Shown one piece after another: positions 44,896 to 52,867 of a DNA stretch of 52,867 bases. How positions within the stretch are numbered: the first letter of the stretch is position 1; each line of letters starts with the position of its first letter. This stretch comes from Thermoleophilia bacterium (GTDB lineage Bacteria; Actinomycetota; Thermoleophilia; Miltoncostaeales; Miltoncostaeaceae): the NCBI GenBank assembly GCA_037138115.1, contig JBAXJA010000001.1, positions 1 through 52,867 on the forward strand, given 5' to 3'. The notes beneath the pieces are model-generated. The model was not told where the DNA came from and did not search any database. It saw only the letters and a list, made by a program, of their open reading frames with translations. A program made the position numbers and the translations under genes.

Positions 44896-46527
44896 ATGAC
44901 GACTGAGTGGAGTGACTGGTACGCCAACGAGGATCCGACCGCCTGGGTGCTCCCCCGCATCCTCCGTGATCGGGCCGCGGCACACCCGGACCGACCGTAC
45001 ATCCGGTTTGGTGATGGCGACTGGGTGACCTACGGCGAGATCGACCTTCGGGCCAACCGCATCGCCAATGCACTCATCGCGCGCGGCCTGCAGAAGGGCC
45101 AGTGCGTAAGCACCCTCATGCCCAACTCGGTTGATCAGGTGGCGCTGTGGTTCGGCATTCTGCGCGCCGGGGGCGTGCAGTCGCCCATCAACCTGGCCTA
45201 CCGCGGCGACTTCCTCTCATGGGTGATCAACCTGCCGGAGTCCAGGTTTCTGGTGATCAGCGACGACCTGCTGGACCGTCTGGACCACGTGGCCGATGAA
45301 CTGCCCCTCCTGGAGCACGTGTTCCTGTGGTCGTCCGACGCACCGCATGGTCCCAACCCGAAGGTGGCGTTCGAACCCTTCGCGGTGCTGGATGACGCAC
45401 CGGACACCGACCCAGGTGTGGAGGTGACCTGGGTGGACGACGCGCGGGTGATGTTCACGTCGGGCACCACCGGCCGCAGCAAGGGTGTGATCAAGCAGCA
45501 CGCATCCGACTACTTCTCGGGCCGCACCTACAACGAGGTGTGCGGCGTCACCGAGGACGACATCTTCTACACCTGCCTGCCGCTGTTCCACAGCAACGCC
45601 CAGGTGCTCAACTGCTACCCGGCCATGATCGCCGGCGCGCGCATTCAGGTATCGGCCCGGTACTCGTCAACCAACTTCTGGCGCGAGGTTACCGAGTGCG
45701 GCGCGACCATCCTCAACACGGTGAGCGCCATGAACTACTTCCTCTGGAACACGCCACCCGGTGAGTACGACCGCGCCCATTCGGTGACTCGCATCATGGC
45801 CATGCCGGCGCCCAAGGACATCTACCACGAGTTCAAGGAGCGCTTTGGCATCCGCTGGCACGAGGGCTACGGCCTCACCGAGACCGGCATGGTCACCTAC
45901 GTGCCGCCGGGCATTGAGAAGCCGGGTTCGTGCGGCATGGCGAGCCCGGGGTTTGAGGTGACCGTGGTGGAGCCCGGCACCGACCGGCCCGTACCCAACG
46001 GCACGTCGGGCGAGATCGTGGTGGACATGAAGTTGCCCAACATCGTCATGCGCGCCTACGCGGGCATGCCCGAGAAGACCGCGGAGGACTTCAAGAACCT
46101 CAAGCTGCACACCGGCGACCTGGGCCAGATGGATGACGACGGCTACCTGTACTTCATGGACCGCGTGAAGGACTACATCAGGCGCCGTGGCGAGAACGTG
46201 TCATCGATGGAGGTGGAGCGCATCGTGGCGAGCCACCCGGGCGTGCTTGAGGCCGCAGCCGTTGGCGTCGCGGCTGGCGAGGGTGCAGGCTCCGAGCAGG
46301 AGATCCTCATCTGCGTCGTACCGCGCGAGGGCGTACCCGACCCGCACGAACTGCTCACCTACTGCGCCGACAAGATGCCGTACTTCGCGGTACCTAGGTA
46401 CGTGAGGTTTATGGAGCATCTGCCCAAGACCCCCACCGATCGCGTGCGCAAGGTGGAGCTTCGTGACATGGGCCTCGGAGACGACGTGTACGACCGTGCC
46501 ACGAGCGGCCCCGAGGTCAAGGCCTGA
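44896..46527 (+). CDS. AMP-dependent synthetase/ligase (acyl-CoA synthetase family)
   Basis: 543 aa. The AMP-binding core [13 protein letters not shown] is present, together with the [25 protein letters not shown] and PKT..D...K motifs. Confidence 0.9.
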   Translation: MTTEWSDWYANEDPTAWVLPRILRDRAAAHPDRPYIRFGDGDWVTYGEIDLRANRIANALIARGLQKGQCVSTLMPNSVDQVALWFGILRAGGVQSPINLAYRGDFLSWVINLPESRFLVISDDLLDRLDHVADELPLLEHVFLWSSDAPHGPNPKVAFEPFAVLDDAPDTDPGVEVTWVDDARVMFTSGTTGRSKGVIKQHASDYFSGRTYNEVCGVTEDDIFYTCLPLFHSNAQVLNCYPAMIAGARIQVSARYSSTNFWREVTECGATILNTVSAMNYFLWNTPPGEYDRAHSVTRIMAMPAPKDIYHEFKERFGIRWHEGYGLTETGMVTYVPPGIEKPGSCGMASPGFEVTVVEPGTDRPVPNGTSGEIVVDMKLPNIVMRAYAGMPEKTAEDFKNLKLHTGDLGQMDDDGYLYFMDRVKDYIRRRGENVSSMEVERIVASHPGVLEAAAVGVAAGEGAGSEQEILICVVPREGVPDPHELLTYCADKMPYFAVPRYVRFMEHLPKTPTDRVRKVELRDMGLGDDVYDRATSGPEVKA

Positions 46528-46772
46528 TGGACGACGAGCTGGATCTCGGCGAGGCCGCCGCGTTCATCCTGGGCGCCCGCCCGGGGCTCGACGAGGACGA
46601 CGTGTGGACCGTGCTCAAGGAGATCGGCGACCCACCCGTGCGCAGTGCCGACGGCATGGCGGTGGATCTCATCACGCGGCTGCACCCGGGCATCCGGGCC
46701 AAGGATGTGAAGGTGACGCTTGATGAGTGGCGTGAGTACGCGCGCCTCGCGGTCGAGAACGACTGGGAATAG
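46527..46772 (+). CDS. Small acidic hypothetical protein (81 aa)
   Basis: The ATG shares one nucleotide with the ligase stop (TGATG). The sequence begins [38 protein letters not shown] recognise no family. Confidence 0.55.
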   Translation: MDDELDLGEAAAFILGARPGLDEDDVWTVLKEIGDPPVRSADGMAVDLITRLHPGIRAKDVKVTLDEWREYARLAVENDWE

Positions 46773-47089
46773 GGGCGGGGACCCCGCGGCGTGGTCACTG
46801 GCCCAGTGGGTGATTGGTGGGCGGGGACCCCGCGGGGTGGTCACCGGCCCAGTGGGTGATTGGTGGGCGGACCACTTGCGAAACGTGATCGGCACGTGCG
46901 GGGGCCGCACGTGCAGGATCCCCGGCTGCGACGGTCCGCCCACCAATCACCCGCTGGGCCTCTGCTCTTCTCCGCACCCCGCTCTCGGTGGATGGACCAC
47001 TGCGGAACAGGGTCAGCATGTGTGGGATCCCCGGCTGCGACGGGCCGCCCACCAATCACCCACTGGGCCCCGCTCTTCTCCACACCCCG
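46773..47089. repeat. Composite intergenic repeat array (46-nt tandem units plus 25-nt inverted repeats plus ~65-nt direct repeats)
   Basis: Two 46-nt tandem units lie at 46773-46818 and 46819-46864. The 25-mer ggcccagtgggtgattggtgggcgg occurs at 46800 and 46846. Its reverse complement occurs at 46936 (one mismatch) and 47045 (perfect). A direct repeat, ggatccccggctgcgacggNccgcccaccaatcaccc..., occurs at 46916-46981 and 47025-47089. An internal perfect hairpin, gcacgtgcgg-ggg-ccgcacgtgc, lies at 46892-46914. The array fills the whole gap between two convergent genes. Confidence 0.9.
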
Positions 47090-48154
47090 TTATCGGCGGG
47101 CCGGGGATGCCTTGCCGAGGAGGATGTCCTTTGCTGTGGTGAGGGCGACCGTCATGTCCTTTGCGCGCGCCTGCAGATCGGGGTGCAGGTCGGCCACGCG
47201 ATCGGGGTGACAGCGCACCACCTGCTGGCGGAAGGCGCGGTCAACCTCCTGCGGTGATGGGCGCGGGCCGAGGCCGAGGAGGTCGGCGGCCTCTGCCGCG
47301 CTGGTGGGAGCGGCGACCGAACTGCCCTGCTTCACATCGATGAGCCCCTGCGCCAGCTTGCGAAGGCGTGCCTTCTCGGCCTGCACGTCGCCCCACTCGT
47401 CGTCGAGCCGGGTCTGCTCGTGGGCTAGGTGGACGCGCTCCTCGCGTACCTCCTCTGCCAATGCGGCGAGGCGGCTGTCACGACCACCGACGTCTTCGCG
47501 CAGGGCCTCAAGCATTGCCTCAGGGTCAGCCGTCGCGGGCGCGTCGTCGGGCACTGTGCGCCCCTGCCCCGACTGCCCCTGCCGCACGAGGGCGATGACC
47601 TCGTCCAGGCGGTGATGTGCGGAGTTGGCCATCGACGGTCCGTCGGACGGCGCGAGACGCACCAATGCCAGCGACTCCCATGACGGGTCGGCAAGAAAGG
47701 CGGCCGACGACCGGCCGGCGAGCATCACCCGGCGTTCCGGGCTGGGGCGGTGACCGAGCAGTGCGAAATGGGCATCGGGGGTGCCGCTGCCGCGAAGTGC
47801 GGCGATCTCTTCGGCCAGATCGTCGAGCCGGCGCGCAACCTCGCGGCCGTCGGGGCCGTCGGCGCGCACGGCGCGCGCGGCGGCCAGTGCGGCGTCCAGG
47901 CCCTCGGCGCCCTCGGTCTGGCCAACCGCGAGCACCGACCACCAGCGGGTCCACGGGTCGTCGTCAGATGCACCCGCCAGCACGCGACCGGCCTCAGCCG
48001 GAAAGTCGAGAGCGAGCATCGCGGCAGCGAGGTTCGGCCGCGCGGTGCGGTCGCCCGTGGCCACTGCGGTGGCGAGCAGGGCCACCTGTCGCCAGCGCGC
48101 GGCATCGCCGCGTTGCGGAGCGGGGCCCGCTGCTCGTGTGAAGGGGTCGGTCAC
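47090..48154 (-). CDS. Protein with a C-terminal J (DnaJ) domain and an unassigned N-terminal region
   Basis: The C-terminal ~65 aa (PSPQEVDRAFRQQVVRCHPDRVADLHPDLQARAKDMTVALTTAKDILL) contain the HPD tripeptide in a J-domain helix II/III context. The ~290 aa upstream are Ala/Arg/Asp-rich and I cannot assign them. The start is GTG 48154 (354 aa) or ATG 48217. The 463-aa track ORF overlaps the divergent antitoxin gene. Confidence 0.7.
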   Translation of the reverse strand: MTDPFTRAAGPAPQRGDAARWRQVALLATAVATGDRTARPNLAAAMLALDFPAEAGRVLAGASDDDPWTRWWSVLAVGQTEGAEGLDAALAAARAVRADGPDGREVARRLDDLAEEIAALRGSGTPDAHFALLGHRPSPERRVMLAGRSSAAFLADPSWESLALVRLAPSDGPSMANSAHHRLDEVIALVRQGQSGQGRTVPDDAPATADPEAMLEALREDVGGRDSRLAALAEEVREERVHLAHEQTRLDDEWGDVQAEKARLRKLAQGLIDVKQGSSVAAPTSAAEAADLLGLGPRPSPQEVDRAFRQQVVRCHPDRVADLHPDLQARAKDMTVALTTAKDILLGKASPARR

Positions 48155-48217
48155 GCCGGGCACGGTAGTGCAGCCCCGGCACACGGTCGTGACCAGCGGT
48201 GACAGATATATGACCAT

Positions 48218-48499
48218 ATGGTGACTACAATGGGCGCCATGGCCACAACCGCGCAGACACACGTGCCCGTGCATGAGGCGAAGGCGAAGTTCTCGGAGAT
48301 GATCCGCCGGGCGGGCGAGGGCGAAGAACTCATCATCACCAGCCACGGAAAGCCGGTCGCGAAGATCGTGCCGGCCGAAGCGCCCAAGTTGTCGGGAGCG
48401 GACGCAGTGAATCTGATTCTTGATCTCCGCAAGTCGCTGAAGGGCAGTGCCACGCGCGACGAGATTGTCGAGTGGATCCACGAGGGGCGTCGGTACTGA
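48218..48499 (+). CDS. Type II antitoxin, Phd/YefM family
   Basis: VPVHEAKAKFSEMIRRAGEGEELIITSHGKPVAKIVP is the typical Phd/YefM N-terminal fold signature. An alternative start at ATG 48239 gives MATTAQTH.... The only AT-rich patch in the area (gatatatgaccatatg, 48205-48220) lies just upstream. Confidence 0.8.
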   Translation: MVTTMGAMATTAQTHVPVHEAKAKFSEMIRRAGEGEELIITSHGKPVAKIVPAEAPKLSGADAVNLILDLRKSLKGSATRDEIVEWIHEGRRY

Positions 48500-48903
48500 G
48501 CAGCTTCGTACTTGATACCTCGGCGACCTTGGTCCTCGTACTTGACGATGAGCCCGGGGCGCCGGTGCAGGCCCTGCTTACCGCGCTTGGCGCCGGCGAC
48601 CCCTGCGTGCCATCGCTGTGGCCCTACGAGGTGGCGAGCGGCCTTGAATCGGCGCGCAAGCGAGGCCGCCTGACCCCCGCCGATGTGGAAATGGCGTTGC
48701 AGCAGATTGGGCGCATGCGCATCGAGCACGACGACCGTTCCGCCGACATCGTGCATCTCACCAACCTCGCCGCTCGCCTCGAGATCACGCCCTACGACGC
48801 CGCCTACATCAGTCTCGCGACTGCGCGGGGGATCCCGCTCGCCACGCAGGACCGCCGACTGGCGCAGGTGGCACGAGGAATTGGTGTGAGCGTCATCGAC
48901 TGA
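48472..48903 (+). CDS. vapC: PIN-domain ribonuclease toxin VapC
   Basis: 143 aa. The PIN acidic residues occur in the contexts FVLDTSA, PYEVASG, YDAAYISLA and LATQDRRL. The GTG start overlaps the antitoxin gene by 28 nt. Confidence 0.82.
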   Translation: MDPRGASVLSSFVLDTSATLVLVLDDEPGAPVQALLTALGAGDPCVPSLWPYEVASGLESARKRGRLTPADVEMALQQIGRMRIEHDDRSADIVHLTNLAARLEITPYDAAYISLATARGIPLATQDRRLAQVARGIGVSVID

Positions 48904-48948
48904 TCGGATATCGGGCCATCACGCCGCGCGCGGTGCGACCATGGCCCG

Positions 48949-50958
48949 ATGTCCAACCGACTCGCCGACGAAGCCTCCCTGTACCTGCGCCAGCATGCGG
49001 ACAATCCCGTGGACTGGTGGCCCTGGTGCGATGAGGCACTGGCCGAGGCCCGCGAGCGCGACGTGCCGGTGCTGCTGTCGGTGGGCTACTCGTCGTGTCA
49101 CTGGTGCCATGTGATGGCGCACGAGTCATTTGAGGACCCAACCACCGCGGGGACGATGAACGCTGACTTCGTTCCCGTGAAGGTAGATCGCGAGGAGCGC
49201 CCCGACGTCGATGCGCTCTACATGCAGGCCACGCTCTCCATGACCGGCCAGGGCGGTTGGCCCATGACCGTGTTCCTCACCCCTGCCGGCGAGCCGTTCT
49301 GGGCAGGCACCTACTTTCCGCCCGAGCCCCGGCACGGCATGCCGTCGTTTCTGCAGATCCTGGATGGCGTCACCGAGGCCTGGCGCGAGCGCCGCAGCGA
49401 GGTGATGGAGCAGGCGGGGATGCTGGCGCGGGGCATCCAGCAGCAGAACGCCGTGACGCCGGCGCCGGGACCCGGTGGCCGCGAGGTCATCGGCGATGCC
49501 CTGGCAGCTATGGACGAGCAGTACGACATCGTCAACGGCGGGTTCGGCGGTGCGCCCAAGTTTCCGCCATCGGTGGCACTCGACTTCCTGCTGCGCCGCG
49601 CATGGGCCGACCCCACCGATGCGAACGCACGCGGCATGGCCGACGGCACGCTGCGGGCCATGGCAGCTGGAGGGGTGTTCGACCAGATCGGTGGCGGGTT
49701 TCACCGCTACGCCGTGGACGCCATCTGGCTGGTGCCCCACTTCGAGAAGATGCTGTACGACAACGCACTCCTTCTGGGTGACTACGCCCTGGGTGCGCGG
49801 GTACTTGACGATCCGGCACACGCGGCGACGGCCGAGGCCATCGCCCAGTACCTGTTGCGCGAGATGCGCGTGGACGGTGGCGCATTCGCCGCGGCACAGG
49901 ACGCCGACTCCCCGGGCGGCGAGGGTGCGTTCTTCACGTGGACGCCTGCAGAGATCACCGCGGTGCTTGACCCGGCGGATGCTGCGGCCGCGCTGGCACG
50001 ATTCGGCGTGACCGACCACGGCAACTTTGAGGGACGCACCATCCTCCATGTTTCCGACCCGGCACACGATGTGACGGTGGCCGCGTGCAACCGGCTGCTG
50101 GCGGCACGTGGTGGGCGACCTGCACCGGACCGCGACGACAAAGTCATCGCATCGTGGAATGGCCTCGCAATCGGTGCTCTGGCCACGGCGGGTGGCGTGC
50201 TCGACCGGTCGGAGTGGGTGGATGCGGCCCGGATTGCCGCCCGATTTGTGCTCGAAGAGATGGTGGTGGACGACCGGCTGATGCGGGTGCACGCAAACGG
50301 GCGCGCGCGCCATCTGGGCACCCTCGATGACCACGCCGACCTCGCCGATGGCCTGCTCGCCCTCTACGCGCACGACTTCAACCCCGACTGGCTGCTGGCT
50401 GCACGCGCCCTCGCCGACGCCATCATCAGCCTGTTCGCTGCCCCCGAGGGCGGATTCTTCCTCGCGGGCAGTGACGCGCCCGCCCTGGTGGCCCGCACCC
50501 GCAACCTCGAGGACCACCCCACCCCGTCCGGCAACGCGCAGGCGGCATGGGTGATGGCCCGCCTGCACCTGCTCACCGGCGACACCCGGTACGCGCGGGC
50601 GGCCGAGGGCGCAGTGGCGCTGGTGACCGGGTCGGTGGCAACGTGGCCCCATGCATTTGGACGGGCTCTCGCCACCATCGACCTGCTGACCTCGCCTCCG
50701 GTGGAGGTGGCCATCGCCGGGCCGCTCGACGACATTGCGACGCACGCGCTCGTGACTGCGGCGCGGAGTGCCGTGGGGCCGTATGCGGTGATCGCCGCAG
50801 GAGACCCCGCCGATGCCCGGGCAGCCACGGCGGCACCACTGCTTGCCAACCGCCCACTGGTGCATGGCCTGCCCGCCGCGTATGTATGCAGCGGGTTCGC
50901 CTGCCGCGCGCCCATCACCGATGCCGACGCCCTCGCCAGCGCCATCGCCGCCGCCTGA
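48949..50958 (+). CDS. Thioredoxin-domain protein of the DUF255/YyaL family
   Basis: 669 aa. [53 protein letters not shown] is the hallmark DUF255 N-terminus. It is followed by a long alpha/alpha-toroid-like region. Confidence 0.88.
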   Translation: MSNRLADEASLYLRQHADNPVDWWPWCDEALAEARERDVPVLLSVGYSSCHWCHVMAHESFEDPTTAGTMNADFVPVKVDREERPDVDALYMQATLSMTGQGGWPMTVFLTPAGEPFWAGTYFPPEPRHGMPSFLQILDGVTEAWRERRSEVMEQAGMLARGIQQQNAVTPAPGPGGREVIGDALAAMDEQYDIVNGGFGGAPKFPPSVALDFLLRRAWADPTDANARGMADGTLRAMAAGGVFDQIGGGFHRYAVDAIWLVPHFEKMLYDNALLLGDYALGARVLDDPAHAATAEAIAQYLLREMRVDGGAFAAAQDADSPGGEGAFFTWTPAEITAVLDPADAAAALARFGVTDHGNFEGRTILHVSDPAHDVTVAACNRLLAARGGRPAPDRDDKVIASWNGLAIGALATAGGVLDRSEWVDAARIAARFVLEEMVVDDRLMRVHANGRARHLGTLDDHADLADGLLALYAHDFNPDWLLAARALADAIISLFAAPEGGFFLAGSDAPALVARTRNLEDHPTPSGNAQAAWVMARLHLLTGDTRYARAAEGAVALVTGSVATWPHAFGRALATIDLLTSPPVEVAIAGPLDDIATHALVTAARSAVGPYAVIAAGDPADARAATAAPLLANRPLVHGLPAAYVCSGFACRAPITDADALASAIAAA

Positions 50959-51001
50959 CCGTTCACCGGGCACAGCGGGCAGCCGCGGCTATTCTCCGCC
51001 C

Positions 51002-51238
51002 GTGGCCGACCTTGACGAAATCCAGACCATGATCGAGGCCGCACTCCCGGGTGCGGTCGTTGATGTGCAGGACCACGGTGGTGGCGACCATCTGGCCGCC
51101 GTTGTGGTGGCACCGCAGTTCGCTGGCATGAGCCGGCTTGAGCAGCACAAGGCCGTCTACGCGGCCGTCCAGGCGCGCATCGACGACGGCGCCATCCACG
51201 CACTCGCCCTGAAGACACGGCCCCCGGAGGATGCATGA
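51002..51238 (+). CDS. BolA family protein
   Basis: This 78-aa product starts at GTG 51002. IEAALPGAVVDVQDHGGGDHLAAVVVAPQFAGMSRLEQHKAVYAAV...IHALALKT is BolA-like. The stop overlaps the glutaredoxin start (ATGA). Confidence 0.8.
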   Translation: MADLDEIQTMIEAALPGAVVDVQDHGGGDHLAAVVVAPQFAGMSRLEQHKAVYAAVQARIDDGAIHALALKTRPPEDA

Positions 51239-51579
51239 GCGACGTCACGACCATGAGCGACGAGGAGATCCTCGCGCAAATCAAGGCGGAGACCGCGGGC
51301 AACCGCATCTTCCTCTACATGAAGGGCACGCCTGACGCACCCGCCTGCGGCTTCTCGATGCGTGTGGTGCAGATGCTGAGCCACCTTGAGGTGGAGTACG
51401 GCGCCCGCGACATCCTTGAGGACGCGCGCGTTCGGCAGATCCTGTCGACGTGGTCGGACTGGCCCACCATTCCGCAGCTGTTCGTGGACGGCACGCTGGT
51501 TGGCGGATGCGACATCGTCACCGAGCTCTTCCAGGACGGCGAGCTGCAGCAGATGCTTCCGGGCGCGAAGGCCTCGTAG
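51235..51579 (+). CDS. grxD: Monothiol glutaredoxin (Grx4 family, CGFS active site)
   Basis: 114 aa. IFLYMKGTPDAPACGFSMRVVQML...WPTIPQLFVDGTLVGGCDIV is canonical. Confidence 0.92.
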   Translation: MSDVTTMSDEEILAQIKAETAGNRIFLYMKGTPDAPACGFSMRVVQMLSHLEVEYGARDILEDARVRQILSTWSDWPTIPQLFVDGTLVGGCDIVTELFQDGELQQMLPGAKAS

Positions 51580-51584
51580 GCGCC

Positions 51585-52568
51585 ATGTCGAGCCACCCCG
51601 TGGAGTTCTCGGAGGACCTGCAGGACACCCCGCCGGCGATCCGCCTCGGACTCTCCCGCGCCGGGGTGACGCGGTCGGCCAAGGCCATCCGCATGGGGTT
51701 TGGCGGTAGCGAGCACTTCATGGACGCCGACGTGGAGTGCCTGGTGGATCTTGACCCCGACCAGAAGGGCGTGCACATGTCGCGCTTTGAGGAGGAGGTC
51801 AACGAGGCCATCGATCAGGTGTTCATCGGCGAGAGTGCGGTGGCCATTGAGCAACTGGCGGAGGACATCGCCCGCCGCGTGGTGGAGCGCCAGGGTGCGC
51901 TTCGCGGCACCGCAACCATCCGCGCGCGCTACCCCAAGGAGCGCCGCACGCCGGTGACCGACGTGCCCACGCAGGAGATGTACGGGCTCATCGGCATGGC
52001 ATCGGCCCGCGCCGGGCACTCACGACGTGCCGTCGGCGTATCGGCTCAGGGTATGAATGCCTGCCCCTGTGCACAGGGTCTGGTGCGCGAGCAGGCTGAG
52101 GCGGCGTTGTCGGCCGATGGATTCACCGACGACGAGATTGCCCGCATCGTCGCCCGCGTGCCCATCGCCACCCATAACCAGCGCGCACGCGGCACCCTCA
52201 TCGTGGGTGTCCCCGGGATGGTGGACATCCCCGCCGACGACCTCATTGCCATCGTCGAGGACGGCATGTCATCGGAGATCTATGAACTGCTGAAGCGGCC
52301 CGATGAGCTGTACGTGGTGGACCGCGCGCACCGTCGTCCCCGATTTGTGGAGGACAGCGTGCGCGCAATGATCGCCGGGGTCATCGATCAGTTTCCCGCC
52401 CTGCCGGACGATGCCTTTGTGTCGGCGCATCAGGAGAACTACGAGACCATCCACACCCACGACGTCGAAGCCGAGCGGTACGGCGTGCTGGGGCAGATGC
52501 GGGCCGAGGTGGCAGGTGGAGACCACGCAACGCGGCACCTCACCATCGTGGAGTGGCTCGACGCCTAA
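51585..52568 (+). CDS. folE2: GTP cyclohydrolase FolE2/MptA family (type IB)
   Basis: The start is ATG 51585 and the product is 327 aa. The motifs KGVHMSRF, GMNACPCAQ, THNQRARG and HQENYETIHTHDV match the DUF198/FolE2 pattern as I remember it. The 372-aa track ORF overlaps grx. Confidence 0.8.
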   Translation: MSSHPVEFSEDLQDTPPAIRLGLSRAGVTRSAKAIRMGFGGSEHFMDADVECLVDLDPDQKGVHMSRFEEEVNEAIDQVFIGESAVAIEQLAEDIARRVVERQGALRGTATIRARYPKERRTPVTDVPTQEMYGLIGMASARAGHSRRAVGVSAQGMNACPCAQGLVREQAEAALSADGFTDDEIARIVARVPIATHNQRARGTLIVGVPGMVDIPADDLIAIVEDGMSSEIYELLKRPDELYVVDRAHRRPRFVEDSVRAMIAGVIDQFPALPDDAFVSAHQENYETIHTHDVEAERYGVLGQMRAEVAGGDHATRHLTIVEWLDA

Positions 52569-52670
52569 CCGGCGGTACGTACTACTGAGGTTCCGAATGC
52601 CCCGGCTGATCAGCGCGTTCCCTGAAGGTGCTGAGTGCGGTCTGCAGCCGCGCAAGTTGTGGAGCCGGGC

Positions 52671-52704
52671 CGCACGTGCCCGCATTCCGGCCGCGGCACG
52701 TGCG
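52671..52704 (+). terminator. Stem-loop about 100 nt downstream of folE2 (possible terminator)
   Basis: The 10-bp stem is cgcacgtgcc / ggcacgtgcg with a 14-nt loop. It is followed by ttgctcgtt. Confidence 0.4.
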
Positions 52705-52867
52705 TTGCTCGTTCCAGACACCCACTCAAGATCCGACGTCCCGTGAATACGTTCCGTCATGGGAAGGCACGACCCCCTTCCCGACCACCGCCACCGGCTA
52801 CCCCGTAACGGGTGCCTTTCGCGGTGCCACCCGCACGCGCTTGCTGAAGTGGGCAAGCACCGCTGAC

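Noticed and set aside
49126-50973. A 615-aa minus-strand ORF.
   Set aside because: It is antisense to the DUF255/YyaL gene, which has the hallmark CHWCH thioredoxin-like N-terminus. It is a shadow ORF.
52269-52856. A 195-aa minus-strand ORF at the right edge.
   Set aside because: Its C-terminal 100 codons overlap folE2 antisense. The remainder is Arg/Gly/Ser/Trp-rich with no motif. The tail of the window (52569-52867) may hold the end of a gene starting outside the window, but nothing there is supportable.

Overview
This is a visibly high-GC, actinobacterium-like chromosomal segment. Its core is a roughly 45-kb run of translation and transcription genes, all on the minus strand. In transcription order: rpmG, tRNA-Trp, secE, nusG, rplK, rplA, rplJ, rplL, then rpoB-rpoC, then rpsL-rpsG-fusA, then tuf and the S10, spc and alpha operons (rpsJ through rplQ), ending at truA. 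Many neighbouring genes have overlapping stop and start codons (ATGA, GTGA or 1-nt overlaps).

Four non-ribosomal insertions interrupt this conserved backbone:
- a signal-peptide protein of unknown family between rplQ and truA;
- an opposite-strand fused FAD/Fe-S oxidase between fusA and tuf;
- a four-gene block between rpsL and rpoC: a membrane-anchored unknown coupled to an EcfT/CbiQ-like gene, and a divergent MepA-like peptidase plus a membrane protein;
- two tandem S8 peptidases, a 74-aa ORF and a region of ambiguous coding status between rplL and rpoB.

The right flank (44.9-52.6 kb, mostly plus strand) carries an AMP-dependent ligase with a coupled small ORF, a 317-nt intergenic repeat array, a protein with a C-terminal J domain, a Phd/YefM-VapC toxin-antitoxin pair, a DUF255/YyaL thioredoxin-domain protein, and a BolA, monothiol glutaredoxin and FolE2 group.

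I found no rRNA, CRISPR array, transposase or integrase. Most long plus-strand ORFs in the supplied track are antisense shadow ORFs, which are typical of high-GC DNA. I see no clear complete novel system.

The points most worth a second look are:
- two essential genes (adk, rplJ) whose conserved N-termini lie where no canonical start codon is available;
- the absence of infA from its usual slot;
- low-complexity tails on several ribosomal proteins;
- the four islands themselves;
- the repeat array at 46773-47089.

All family assignments come from reading motifs by eye. No database search was run.
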